From Macrostomum lignano (taxonomy: Eukaryota): 64,000 nt of DNA. Positions 25,301-50,654 of this stretch are shown piece after piece. The first letter of the stretch is position 1. Each line of letters begins with the position of its first letter. Location: the NCBI GenBank assembly GCA_002269645.1, contig NIVC01000645.1:124001-188000 (forward strand). Reading direction: 5' to 3'. Both the position numbers and the translations under genes were made by a program. The notes below the pieces were generated by a model, which searched no databases, was not told the DNA's origin, and saw nothing but the letters and a program-made list of their open reading frames with translations.

Positions 25301-25882
25301 TCACTGACCCACTCACTGACTCACTCACTGACTCACTCACTGACCCACTCACTGACCCACTCACTGACTCACTCACTGACTCACTCACTGACCCACTCAC
25401 TGACTCACTCACCGACTCACTCACTGACCCACTCACTGACTCACTGGCCCACTCACTCACTCACTGACCCACTCACTGACTCACTGGCCCACTCACCCAC
25501 TCACTGACTCACTCACTGACTCACTCACTGACTCACTCACTGACCCACTCACTCACTGACCCACTCTTATCCCAATCGCTGACCTACTGACTCACTCGCA
25601 TTCAATAACTGACCCATTCGCTTCTTCAATTTGCCGCTGCAGGCGCCGGCGACGCCCCAGCACCAGCAGCAGCCGCAGGCACCGCAGAACCGCAGCAGCC
25701 TGCGGGTGTGCGGCTGGGCGCGGGTTCTTTACAACTACGACTCTCGGCAGCCGGACGAGCTGACGGTGCGCGAAGGCGACGTGCTCAGCGTGCTGGAGAA
25801 GAGCGCCGACGGCTGGTGGCTGGGCGAGGACTCAACGGGCAAGCGGGGCATCTTCCCGGGCTCCTACGTGGAGGAGTTCTGA
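16218..25882 (+). CDS. NOSTRIN: Nostrin-like F-BAR + HR1 + SH3 protein, 9 coding exons, 623 aa
   Basis: join(16218-16370,18073-18239,18336-18480,19648-19845,21684-21800,22958-23167,23663-24010,24418-24711,25643-25882) = 1872 nt. All introns GT-AG with matching phases. FCH start (GFEELKRYIKQGNDLCKDLAAVLNERCELEQNYARSL), nostrin-like YAEDLNNPMDKGRR and FLEANQYKL around HR1, C-terminal SH3. Family recognised from memory; the start codon is less certain. Confidence 0.88.
16536..16930. repeat. 21-bp minisatellite, ~19 units, intron 1 of copy B
   Basis: Same unit as 5843-7476. Confidence 0.97.
18073..18239 (+). CDS. NOSTRIN: Nostrin-like exon 2 (FCH region)
   Basis: TTCCAG|GGC...GCTGG|GTGAGT; encodes GTNGFEELKRYIKQG...STCAG. 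Confidence 0.93.
18336..18480 (+). CDS. NOSTRIN: Nostrin-like exon 3
   Basis: CGCAG|C ACT GTG...AAA CCG|GTGCGG; encodes TVANSWGSVAEAMKREAEVR...ARKP. Confidence 0.92.
18497..19595. repeat. 22-bp minisatellite (TTTTGTGTGGCTGGATTTGTGG)n with GAAT variants, intron 3
   Basis: Direct inspection. Confidence 0.95.
19648..19845 (+). CDS. NOSTRIN: Nostrin-like exon 4
   Basis: GAGCAG|ATC...AAT AAG|GTAAAT; encodes IEAQVDKAGRTLLDKRSDEAAAKKK... Confidence 0.9.
19848..20003. repeat. 29-bp repeat x5 (ATTTTCCCTGCTCAGCCTGTTTTGAGATA), start of intron 4
   Basis: Direct inspection. Confidence 0.9.
20266..21551. repeat. 31-bp minisatellite (TACATCATTCACACCCAGTCCCACTCCAATG)n, ~41 units, intron 4
   Basis: Period of 31 measured. 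Source of three overlapping HTQSHS-type ORFs. Confidence 0.97.
21684..21800 (+). CDS. NOSTRIN: Nostrin-like exon 5
   Basis: CTGCAG|CAG (NAGNAG acceptor)...GTC AAG|GTAAAC; encodes QEKKCRSSQTAQLKYDRDYYDACFRAELARLEWEATVVK. Confidence 0.92.
21845..22055. repeat. 42-bp repeat x5 (GGTTGCTAAGGCTAGTGAGCCGTTGTCAATGTAAACATTCAC), intron 5
   Basis: Units at 21857, 21899, 21941, 21983 and 22025. Confidence 0.92.
22400..22860. repeat. Degenerate ~41-bp AT-rich repeat with TTATCGATAA palindromes, intron 5
   Basis: Recurrent GTTAATTATCGATAATCGTTA. Confidence 0.8.
22958..23167 (+). CDS. NOSTRIN: Nostrin-like exon 6
   Basis: CCGCAG|GGC...GAG CAG|GTGAGG; encodes GSEQLQVLETDRL...LQTSEQ. Confidence 0.92.
23180..23648. 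repeat. 23-bp minisatellite (GTACATAGGAGAATCCAGTCAAT)n, ~20 units, intron 6
   Basis: Direct inspection. Confidence 0.95.
23663..24010 (+). CDS. NOSTRIN: Nostrin-like exon 7 (HR1 region)
   Basis: TTTAG|GTT...CGG CAG|GTTTGT; encodes VLFESYAEDLNNPMDKGRR...LERSKDRQ. Confidence 0.93.
24050..24340. repeat. Degenerate 21/42-bp repeat (GGTTGCTATGGGCGCTAACCT / GGTTACTAGGGTCGCTAAATT), intron 7
   Basis: Direct inspection. Confidence 0.85.
24418..24711 (+). CDS. NOSTRIN: Nostrin-like exon 8 (low-complexity linker)
   Basis: CCACAG|GGC ATG CCG...GCA ATG|GTGGGT, phase 0. Confidence 0.85.
24720..25565. repeat. Compound tetranucleotide array (ACTC/ACTG/ACCC)n, intron 8
   Basis: Direct inspection. Confidence 0.95.
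25643..25882 (+). CDS. NOSTRIN: Nostrin-like exon 9 (SH3 domain and stop)
   Basis: CTGCAG|GCG...TTC TGA; encodes ARVLYNYDSRQPDELTVREGD...GWWLG...GIFPGSYVEEF. Confidence 0.95.
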   Translation, partial: APATPQHQQQPQAPQNRSSLRVCGWARVLYNYDSRQPDELTVREGDVLSVLEKSADGWWLGEDSTGKRGIFPGSYVEEF

Positions 25883-26015
25883 GCTCTGAGTTCTGAGTCG
25901 AAGGCTTTCAATCCGAGTTTCTCAATGCTTTCAGTTTGTCTTTTATTCCTTTCGTGACTACATTTGGTTGAGATTGGAATATGCACCTCGGAGTCATAAA
26001 GCACAAATGTCTCTT

Positions 26016-26320
26016 TTGCCGATATGTATCGAAAGTAATAGAATGACAATATATAAGTGAGTCATATGCGGGTGTGTTTTATACATTGCCGATATGTATC
26101 GAAAGTAGTTTTTAAATAAACCAAAAACTTACTAAAAGCATGATTATTATTATTAATCTGGGTGTTGCCGATATGTATAGATAGCAAAGTAATGACCAGT
26201 TCTAAGTTCACTTATTGCACGTGTTTTTACATTGCCGATATGTATCGATAGTAATTTTAAAATCCACCATTTAAAAACTAGTAAATTGCTTGGAATTTTC
26301 ACATTGCCAATATGTATCTC
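26016..26320 (+). repeat. Five copies of TTGCCGATATGTATCGA(A/T)AGTA at 67-79-bp spacing, presumed 3' UTR
   Basis: Copies at 26016, 26086, 26165, 26232 and 26304, with diverged spacers. Confidence 0.9.
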
Positions 26321-26849
26321 CAATTCTAATCACGGAATGAACTGTGAAAGCTGAACTCTTTCACTCACGCTTGGCTGGCTCCTCAACTCACCAATCCGAT
26401 TGTTTTTAAAGCTTGAATTGCCTTTATTTTGTTTGCATAGTTAGTTATTCTTTCTACTCCAGTTTTGTTCTACTGTTAGTAGGCTGATTTAGATAGTGTG
26501 CACATTTGCGCATTTTTATGCTAAATTTGCTATTTATTCCTGTCCAAAAATGTGTTATTTTGAGTCCTTTTTATTCCCCGTGAGCCGGCATGATTTCTAT
26601 TAAATTTTTGCATTAACTGCCTTGTCGGCCCGTGCAAACCCACGGGCTCTGCATGACCACTTAGAGATCTGTGCTTGCTTTTATTACAATCCGCTTATTC
26701 CCGTTGCTTCTTCGTCTGAAACTGGAGCGTCCACAGCTTTTTGTGTAAATGAATATGCGGCATCAACCAGCTGCATGAATGCGTATTATGGCTCAGTATT
26801 TGCTTAATCAGCTCATCCACAGTAATTGGTGCCTACCTGTGTACACCTG

Positions 26850-27520
26850 CGCTCCCCGCCACCCCCACCCACCCCAATGTACACCTGCGCTCATCGCCAG
26901 CCCCCACCCACCCCAATGTACACCTGCGCTCACCGCCAGCCCCCACCCACCCCAATGTACACCTGCGCTCATCGCCAGCCCCCACCCACCCCAATGTACA
27001 CCTGCGCTCCCCACCAGCCCCACCCACCCCAATGTACGCCTGCGCTCCCCACCAGCCCCACCCATCCCAATGTACACCTGCGCTCCCCCAGCCCCCACCC
27101 ACCCCAATGTACGCCTGCGCTCCCCGCCAGCCCCACCCACCCCAATGTACACCTGCGCTCCCCCCAGCCCCCACCCACCCCAATGTACGCCTGCGCTCCC
27201 CGCCAGCCCCCACCCACCCCAATGTACGCCTGCGCTCCCCGCCAGCCCCACCCACCCCAATGTACGCCTGCGCTCCCCGCCAGCCCCCACCCACCCCAAT
27301 GTACACCTGCGCTCCCCCAGCCCCCACCCACCCCAATGTACACCTGCGCTCCCCGCCAGCCCCACCCACCCCAATGTACACCTGCGCTCCCCCCAGCCCC
27401 CACCCACCCCAATGTACACCTGCGCTCCCCACCAGCCCCCACCCACCCCAATGTACACCTGCGCTCCCCACCAGCCCCACCCACCCCAATGTACACCTAC
27501 GCTCCCGCCAGCCCCCACAA
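26850..27520. repeat. C-rich ~30-33-bp minisatellite (CCCAATGTACACCTGCGCTCCCCGCCAGCCCCCACCCAC)n
   Basis: Direct inspection. Confidence 0.95.
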
Positions 27521-28097
27521 CTCCCCTTGTCAGCAGCAACTTCTACCGCTTGCTTTGCACGCAGCTAATGAAGAAGATTTCGAGTTTTTGTTCTTTTGAG
27601 AAGCAGATTTTTAGTTCAGTTTTTTTTGTTGTTTTGTATAAATAGCCTGACTTGTAGGCAGTTCTCGCTCTCACCTGTTTACTAACTCGTGTTCAACCCG
27701 CCTTCCCTGCATGGAGAGGCTGCTTATTGCTTACTACTTATTTCTTTTTCGCTTTCACATTGAGCATATTTTGCAGACTCCGTGCTGCTCAGAGTAGACT
27801 TTAAATGGCAGACATTTCTGCTCAAATTTTTCTTATAACATATTAACATCTATTTATTCATTTATGCTTGAAATATAAAGGCTTCTGCAGAAAATTGTTA
27901 CGACTGAGGTTTTATATTTATGTGTGCCTAAAAATCACTCACCAACAAGATTTTCTTGTTTTCATTCTTTCCTGCACAGGCTACTGCTAGTAGCCCGGTG
28001 CGAGTGGGACTGCAGGTTGTTTAATTAAACTTTGATATTCTGCCAAATTCAACATTTTGATGATTGGTTGGTTGGTTGGAACCGCTAACGGCCAACA

Positions 28098-29115
28098 AAA
28101 TCGCCCCGAACACCCTGAGAATCGTCCTAAACACACCCTGACAATCGCCCTAAACACACCCTGACAATCGCCCTAAACACACCCTGAGAATCGCCCCGAA
28201 CACACCGTGAGAATCGCCCCGAATACACCGTGAGAATCGCCCCAAACACACCCGGAGAATCGCCCCCAACACACCGTGAGAATCGCCCCAAAGAGTCTGA
28301 GAATTGCCCTAAACACACCCTGAGAATTGCCCTAAACACACCCTGAGAATCGCCCCAAACACACCCTGAGAATCGCCCTAAACACACCCTGAGAATCGCC
28401 CCAAACACACTCTGAGAATCGCCCCAAACACACCCTGAGAATTGCCCTAAACACACCCTGAGAATCGTCCCAAAGAGTCTGAGAATCGCCTCAAACACAC
28501 CCTGAGAATCGTCCCAAAGAGTCTGAGAATTGCCCCAAACACACCCTGAGAATCGTCCCAAAGAGTCTGAGAATCGCCCCAAACACACCCTGAGAATTGC
28601 CCTAAACACACCCTGAGAATCGTCCCAAAGAGTCTGAGAATCGCCCCAAACACACCCTGAGAATCGTCCCAAAGAGTCTGAGAATTGCCCCAAACACACC
28701 CTGAGAATCGTCCCAAAGAGTCTGAGAATCGCCCCAAACACACCCTGAGAATTGCCCTAAACACACCCTGAGAATCGTCCCAAAGAGTCTGAGAATCGCC
28801 CCAAACACACCCTGAGAATTGCCCTAAACACACCCTGAGAATCGTCCCAAAGAGTCTGAGAATTGCCCCAAACACACCCTGAGAATCGTCCCAAAGAGTC
28901 TGAGAATTGCCCTAAACACACCCTGAGAATTGCCCTAAACACACCCTGAGAATCGTCCCAAAGAGTCTGAGAATTGCCCCAAACACACCCTGAGAATCGT
29001 CCCAAAGAGTCTGAGAATTGCCCTAAACACACCCTGAGAATTGCCCTAAACACACCCTGAGAATCGTCCCAAAGAGTCTGAGAATCGCCTCAAACACCCT
29101 AAGAATCACCCCTGA
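28098..29115. repeat. 21/23-bp alternating minisatellite (GAGAATCGCCCCAAACACACCCT / GAGAATCGTCCCAAAGAGTCT)
   Basis: Direct inspection. Confidence 0.95.
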
Positions 29116-29639
29116 CAATTTCACAACTTCCTATCCGGAAGTCTCACAGTTTCCGCCGCAGGAAGCTGGGCACTTCTTATCTTTTATCTTGTTCTCCGGC
29201 TCCACTCGAGCGGGGACAGGCCGGGAGGCGGGCTGAGGGCAGGTCAGCCGCTGCGAGCTGTGTCTAATTATCAATTCCAGTTTCCTCAGCTCTACGGGCC
29301 TTCCTTTTCCCAGCTGCCCATCCCAGCCCCTAATCCGCTTCAGGCCATCAGTCATTTGTCTTCCTCATTCAGCTCTGCCCCTCCCTCGCTCGCCTCCGCC
29401 GCTCCTCGCCACTGCGCGATGGAGTTCGGCATCTGCATGTAGAGAATAGATGGAGAATAGAGAGGGTGAGATGTGAGAGTGGAGTAGAAGCTGAAGAAAC
29501 GGTAGCTGAAAACAAACAGGTGGAGTAAATTGGGTGAGAGTAGAGAAGGAATAAGGATGAGAGTAATGGAAACGTATGCAAGTAGAGAAGGAGGGTCAGA
29601 CTTAAAAAGAAGGGATAGGAAGCGGGTAAGAATAGATGA

Positions 29640-30225
29640 GTAGGGTGAGAGTAGAGGAAGAGGTTGAGAGTAGAGGAGGAGGGTGAGGAAGAGGATGAGA
29701 GTAGAGGAGGAGGATGAGAGTAGAGGAGGAGGGTGAGAGTAGAGGAGGAGGGTGAGAGTAGAGGAGGAGGATGAGAGTAGAGGAGGAGGGTGAGAGTAGA
29801 GGAGGAGGGTGAGAGTAGAGGAGGAGGGTGAGAGTGGAGGAGGAGGGTGAGAGTAGAGGAGGAGGGTGAGAGTAGAGGAGGAGGGTGAGAGTAGAGGAGG
29901 AGGGTGAGAGTAGAGGAGGAGGGTGAGAGTAGAGGAGGAGGGTGAGAGTAGAGGAGGAGGGTGCGAGTAGAGGAAAAGGATGAGAGTAGAGGAGGAGGGT
30001 GAGAGTGGAGGAGGAGGGTGAGAGTAGAGGAGGAGGGTGCGAGTAGAGGAAAAGGATGAGAGTAGAGGAGGAGGGTGAGAGTAGAGGAGGAGGGTGAGAG
30101 TAGAGGAGGAGGGTGAGAGTAGAGGAGGAGGGTGCGAGTAGAGGAAAAGGATGAGAGTAGAGGAGGAGGGTGAGAGTAGAGGAAAAGGATGAGAGTAGAG
30201 GAGGGTGAGAGTAGAGGAGGGTGAG
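29640..30225. repeat. 19-bp purine-rich minisatellite (GAGAGTAGAGGAGGAGGGT)n
   Basis: Direct inspection. Confidence 0.93.
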
Positions 30226-30639
30226 CTAAGAGTCTGCAGCGGTGATGAGGCGTCACCGAGTGCCGCTACACAATAGTGAGGGCAGCGGCACTGTCTCAGC
30301 TGAATAAGTTGGGAATTCCGAATCGAGCAGCTCGAGTGAAGAGAGAGAGAGAAGTGTGCGGAGGGCGGCAGCGAGCCGCGGATCCGAGGCTCACTGCGCT
30401 GTCACTGCCGTGTCCCGCATGCCGGACAGTGATGCGGCACCCCCCCCCGCACAATCAATCGATGGCCCAGGGAGCGCAAGGCGATTGGAAAAGAAGTGGG
30501 TTGAGACGGCAAAGAGCCGCCCGCCAGCGATTTCCCCGTGTGTGCCCGCTCTCTGGCCCGCCTTGCCAGGTCACCCAACGGGACCTTTTGTGTTCTTCCA
30601 GCCTTAGTCCTCTGAGCCGCCCGGCAGCGCTTTGGACAT

Positions 30640-31345
30640 CGCCCCAGTGAGAATTACCCCAGTAAGAATCGCCCCAGTGAGAATCGCCCCAGTGAGAATC
30701 GCCCCAGTGAGAATCGCCCCAGTGAGAATCGCCCCAGTGAGAATCGCCCCAGTGAGAATCGCCCCAGTGAGAATCGCCCCAGTGAGAATCGCCCCAGTGA
30801 GAATCGCCCCAGTGAGAATCGCCCCAGTGAGAATCGCCCCAGTGAGAATCGCCCCAGTGAGAATCGCCATCATTGAGAATCGCCATCAATGAGAATCGCC
30901 ATCAATGAGAATCGCCCCAGTGAGAGTAGGCCTCCAACCCCAGTGAGAGTCGCCCTCCAACCCCAGTGAGAGTCGCCCTCCAACCCCAGTGAGAGTCGCC
31001 CTCCAACCCCAGTGAGAGTCGCCCTCCAACCCCAGTGAGAGTCGCCCTCCAACCCCAGTGAGAGTCGCCCTCCAACCCCAGTGAGAGTCGCCCTCCAACC
31101 CCAGTGAGAGTCGCCCTCCAACCCCAGTGAGAGTCGCCCTCCAACCCCAGTGAGAGTCGCCCTCCAACCCCAGTGAGAGTCGCCCTCCAACCCCAGTGAG
31201 AGTCGCCTTCCAACCCCAGTGAGAGTCGCCCTCCAACCCTAGTGAGAGTCGCCCTCCAACCCTAGTGAGAGTCGCCCTCCAACCCTAGTGAGAGTCGCCC
31301 TCCAACCCCAGTGAGAGTCGCCTTCCAACCCCAGTGAGAGTCGCC
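30640..31345. repeat. Adjacent arrays: 15-bp (GAGAATCGCCCCAGT)n to ~30860, then 23-bp (GAGAGTCGCCCTCCAACCCCAGT)n from ~30918
   Basis: Direct inspection. Confidence 0.95.
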
Positions 31346-32236
31346 CTTCAACCCCGGTGAGAAGGGTGAGAATGGTTGACTAGAATTCCCATCAAAGTGT
31401 CAGTAGGGTCCGAGCGTTAGGGAAGCTCGCTCACGCAGTTACCATAGACAATCCGCAGGTCAGGACAAGCCATAGCCAAGCTTCAACCATAGACAGTTTT
31501 TACAATAAGCGGGAAAGTCAGGGCCCTGCACTGAGTTAGTCTATGGCCAATAGTCTCAGAAATATAAATATATATTTGCATTGGTAACTCAGACCTTCGC
31601 TGGTGTTGAAGCATTTTTAGTTTATGGTGCCTGTCAGCCTGTGTGTTGGATATACTTTGACCTCGCTCACTTAGTCTAAAACTGTCTAAGTCTTCAGGCA
31701 ATTACGAGCTACAAGCTTAATATGGTAAGTTAAAATAAATTTACAATGCCAATAGATGCTGAGAGTTTTCGTTTTATTAATGTGAAATTGCGCCCGCAAC
31801 CTTGCCTGTTACACTACTTTGCCGGTACAAAAGCAAAATTTTGTGTCAGATATATAAGTGCTGAGTTGCTGGGACGCGGAGGCGGTTCTGCAATAGTGAG
31901 TAAAAGGAGGCTGGGGTAGCAACTACTGACACCAATGGGGAGCCTTGGCTTTGGCCCAGTCGTCCAATTTGTGTGTCAGCCACCCCTCAGCCCACTTAGC
32001 ATGCGCCGCGGCGGGCATCTCTTCTGCAAAAGAAGTTGAGTTGCCCTGAGTAGCACTCTGAGCACACTGGCTCCACTCACACTGCCCTCATTGCCATTCT
32101 GAGTCCATGCCCGCTTGCTCATATCTTATCCCTTCAGATTAATTGAAATCCTTGGTTCTTCCATCCCCATTTAGACAGACTGAGCCTCCCGCCCAGTGTT
32201 TTTGTTAAAGGGGTAAGTGCTGTGCTGCTTTGCATC

Positions 32237-33730
<1,494 letters not shown>

Positions 33731-34139
33731 GCCTGCCAGCTGCTCTCCAGCAGGCCACTTAGCGAATCAATACCCAGGAAGTGGCTCATTGAACCCCAGG
33801 CAGCCAATGAAGCCGCGGCTTAACGCTTGAAGGCCCGGCCAAGGGTCTGGGGTGGTGAAGCCCTGGCTGACTGGCCAGGGGGGAGCGGAAGGCGCACTCT
33901 CTCATATGAGGCCGCTCTCTGCCCGCCTTAGCCCGTAATTACGCGGCTTCCCAAGTGTAATTCTCCCTCACCGCAACCCCAGTAGGACTGTCGGCTTGTT
34001 GAAGCGCCCGCGCGATAATCCGGAGCACTTCGAGCAGAGAGTGACTTCGGGCTTTGATTTTTCTGATTTCATTTTTTCCAAACCGCCTGTGCAGCAGCGG
34101 AGAGCTCCGAGGTACGGCAGCCGCTCAGCAGCCACCAAC

Positions 34140-46570
<12,431 letters not shown>

Positions 46571-46638
46571 AAGTTTTGCGGCGCCTTGGACACTGCGGAC
46601 TCTGAACCTGCCACTCTGCGGACCTGCCACTTGCCCGC

Positions 46639-46922
46639 CCTCTGCCTCTCCCTCTGCCTCTCCCTCTGCCTCTCCCTCTGCCTCTCCCTCTGCCTCTCCC
46701 TCTGCCTCTCCCTCTGCCTCTCCCTCTGCCTCTCCCTCTGCCTCTCCCTCTGCCTCTCCCTCTGCCTCTCCCTCTGCCTCTCCCTCTGCCTCTCCCTCTG
46801 CCTCTCCCTCTGCCTCTCCCTCTGCCTCTCCCTCTGCCTCTCCCTCTGCCTCTCCCTCTGCCTCTCCCTCTGCCTCTCCCTCTGCCTCTCCCTCTGCCTC
46901 TCCCTCTGCCTCTCCATCTGCC
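46639..46922. repeat. 12-bp repeat (CCTCTGCCTCTC)n, ~23 units
   Basis: Direct inspection. Confidence 0.97.
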
Positions 46923-47669
46923 TTCCCTTTGGTAGCCACTCCTCTCCACTTCCTCATTATCCACACCCCTCTCCCCTCCTAGATCCGTCCCTCTCACTTC
47001 CGAGTCCCACTGCGCGGTTATCAAAACAAAATTATAAAATATTTTTGTTTATCTTTGGCACAAAATAATTCGCTCTAAATCATTAATACACTCTTACATC
47101 CGATTGCGCAACTCTCAACTGTACCTGCAGACCTGTCAGTACACAGAAGTGTTTGCAAATCTCCCTGAACCTCCTTCAAAGCTTGGCAGCGATCCAATGC
47201 TTTGAATTTTTTTCATCAGATAGCTTTTTAATTGCTTTTTACCATGAAGTCTTTGAGGCTAAGGGCTAAGGGTGAGTCTGTGGCTAACCTAGAAACTCAT
47301 TGCTTGCAAGCAGACAATTATAGGCTTGTCTTTTTGCTTTAGATTGACAAAGCCTCCTATTTATGCTACTGTATTAATTAGCTAGCAAAATTTCCCGTGT
47401 TGTTGCTTAAAGCATTCTTGATTTGCTTTTTGTGCTTCTTTTCTGCTTTTTATTCTGCTTTCACATCATTAGTTTCGTAGTGTTGCAGTCAGTTATAGTC
47501 AGAGCTCACATATTCAACTGTTCTGATTTCAATTTGTTAATATTTATTGGCATCAATAAATCTGAAACTTTGATAGCACTGCCTCTTATGTCACATATTT
47601 TCCTGCTATGTCAACACCAAAGGTTTTTTCGCTTGAAACCGATCGCTCCTTCGCCTTCACAGATGCATC

Positions 47670-48935
47670 CCGGAATCCACAAAACTCCATCCATGAAACC
47701 CTCAGAACTCCATCCGTGGAACCCTCAGAACACCATCCTTGGAACCCTCAGAACTCCATCCTTGGAACCCTCAGAACTCCATCCTTGGAACCCTCAGAAC
47801 TCCATCCTTGGAACCCTCAGAACTCCATCTGTGGGAACCCTCAGAACTCCATCTGTGGGAACCCTCAGAACTCCATCCTTGGAACCCTCAGAACTCCATC
47901 CTTGGAACCCTCAAAACTCCATCTGTGGGAAACCTCAGAACTCCATCTGTAGGAACCCTCAGAACTCCATCCGTGGAACCCTCAAAACTCCATCTGTGGG
48001 AACCCTCAGAACACCATCCTTGGAACCCTCAGAACTCCATCCTTGGAACCCTCAAAACTCCATCTGTGGGAACCCTCAGAACTCCATCTGTAGGAACCCT
48101 CAGAACTCCATCCATGGAACCCTCAAAACTCCATCCTTGGAACCCTCAGAACACCATCCTTGGAACCCTCAGAACTCCACTCCGGAACCCACAGAACTCC
48201 ACTCTGGAACCCACAAAACTCCACCCTTGGAACCCACAGAACTCCATCCGTGGAACCCACAAAACTCCATCTGTGGGAACCCTCAGAACTCCATCCTTGG
48301 AACCCTCAGAACTCCATCTGTGGGAACCCTCAGAACTCCATCCGTGGAACCCTCAAAACTCCATCTGTGGGAACCCTCAGAACTCCATCCGTGGAACTCT
48401 CAAAACTCCATCCTTGGAACCCTCAGAACTCCATCCGTGGAACCCTCAAAACTCCATCCGTGGAACCCTCAAAACTCCATCCGTGGAACCCTCAAAACTC
48501 CATCCGTGGAACCCTCAAAACTCCATCTTTGGAACCCTCAGAACTCCACTCCAGAACCCACAGAACTCCACTCTGGAACCCACAAAACTCCATCCTTGGA
48601 ACCCACAGAACTCCATCCTTGGAACCCTCAGAACTCCACTCCGGAACCCACAAAACTCCATCCTGGAACCCACAAAACTCCATCCGTGGAACCCACAAAA
48701 CTCCACTCCGGAACCCACAAAACTCCATCCTGGAACCCACAAAACTCCATCCGTGGAACCCACAAAACTCCACTCCGGAACCCACAAAACTCCATCCGTG
48801 GAACCCACAAAACTCCACTCCGGAACCCACAAAACTCCATCCGTGGAACCCACAAAACTCCACTCCGGAACCCACAAAACTCCATCCGTGGAACCCACAA
48901 AACTCCACTCCGGAACCCACAAAACTCCATCCTGG
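47670..48935. repeat. 22-24-bp minisatellite (GGAACCC(T/A)CA(G/A)AACTCCATCC(T/G)T)n
   Basis: Direct inspection. Confidence 0.95.
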
Positions 48936-49489
48936 AGCTCTAAAAGCAACCCGTCAAAAAATCCAAATGTTAGAATCCAGCCCAGCAACCGTCAGCAAAC
49001 AGCAGTTCCTGTGTAAAGCTATTTAGTAAAGTATTCATTCATCCGCATGTGCACTGGGAGTTTTTAATGAGAGCATAGCGCGAGATTCTGACTGAGCTGG
49101 TTGGAATGGAGACCAGAGATCGAGAGCTCTGCTTTGTGCTATGGGGAAGCGCAGGCCGGTCATCCCAGCCAGTCACTCAGTGCCCCGCATGTTTGCTTTG
49201 GTCAAACAGAGGCGCAGAGTTCACTGCTGCCCCACAGCCGCCCCCAACCCTCACGAGCAACTTCTGACTCACAAGTGGCCCGGAACGGCTTGCGTGCGTT
49301 TGAGAAGTCGGGCGCTTTTCGGGATCCGCATCCTCCCCACTCTGGAAAAGGCTTCATAAGAAAGGGGATTTTTGAAATAGGAGTTGGGATTTTTTGCGAG
49401 GCTATAGGGATCACTACTAAGTGGGAGAGATCAATTCCCAAGGAGGCAGAATCGGTGTGAATTAGCGAACACAAATACTCACCAACCCG

Positions 49490-50150
49490 AATCTTCACCA
49501 ACCTGAATCTTCACCAATTGACCCGAATCTTCACCAACCAACCCGAGTCTTCACTAACCAACCTGAATCTTCACCAACCTGAATCTTCACCAATTGACCC
49601 GAATCTTCACCAATTGACCCGAGTCTTCACCAACCAACCCGAGTCTTTACCAACCTGAATCTTCACCAACCTGAATCTTCACCAATTGACCCGAATCTTC
49701 ACCAACCTGAATCTTCACCAACCTGAATCTTCACCAATTGACCCGAATCTTCACCAACCTGAATCTTCACCAATTGACCCGAATCTTCACCAACCAACCC
49801 GAGTCTTCACCAACCAACCCGAGTCTTCACCAACCTGAATCTTGACCAATTGACCCGAATCTTCACCAACCTGAATCTTCACCAACCTGAATCTTCACCA
49901 ACCTGAATCTTCACCAATTGACCCGAATCTTCACCAACCTGAATCTTCACCAACCAACCCGAATCTTCATTAATTGACCCGAGTCTTCACCAACCAACCC
50001 GAATCTTCACCAGCCAACCCGAGTCTTCATGCACCAACCAACCCGAATCTTCAACCAACCTGAATCTTCACCAACCAACTCGAATCTTCACAAACCAACT
50101 CGAATCTTCACCAACCAACCCGAATCTTCACCAACCAACCAGAATATTCA
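49490..50150. repeat. 16/20-bp minisatellite (CCGAATCTTCACCAACCAAC / CCTGAATCTTCACCAA)n
   Basis: Direct inspection. Confidence 0.93.
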
Positions 50151-50654
50151 CGACCTCAATACTGAGTCGCACTAAACCAGCTACCTCAGTGTTTTATATT
50201 TCTGATCATCGCTTTGCGTGAATAATTTTGCTACAATAAAGAATTCGAACAGTTACTGCAGCTTAAAAGTCTTGCAAAAGCAGAAAAATTCTACAAATGC
50301 TTCGTCAGAACTGCTGCTTGTCGTTGCGCAGAAGGGACCATGTAGCCAGCCATTTTCATTTCTTACGCCACGGCAAATTGGCGACTGGAATTGCAAAAAA
50401 TTGCCCACATCAGAGCTTCATCGCCCGCTTTCTTCCTCTCTGGCCTTTTCTGTTGTCTCTGTTCAAATTTGCCTGTCAAGGCTTGAAAACACTGCGCAAC
50501 CCCTCCGTTGCTTAAAGCTCTGAAGGATCCGCCGCCAGGGTGCTTCACTTGGATCCAGCAGTCAGTTCAAGCGGCAGAAGTGGACCCCGTGTGTTTCCAG
50601 TCCTGCTTGATGGCTGCCAATGCCCGTCTCCCAATCCCCTGCTGGGGTGGCAGA

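Noticed and set aside
26016-26320. CRISPR-like repeat-spacer appearance
   Set aside because: Eukaryotic spliced-gene context, no cas genes, and alternating spacers are related to each other (old dimeric tandem repeat). Kept only as a motif cluster.
33996-34139. TTG-initiated N-terminal extension of ZNF608-like exon 1, and its run-on to 34859
   Set aside because: No family similarity. The 3' part runs past a strong donor into a GA repeat.
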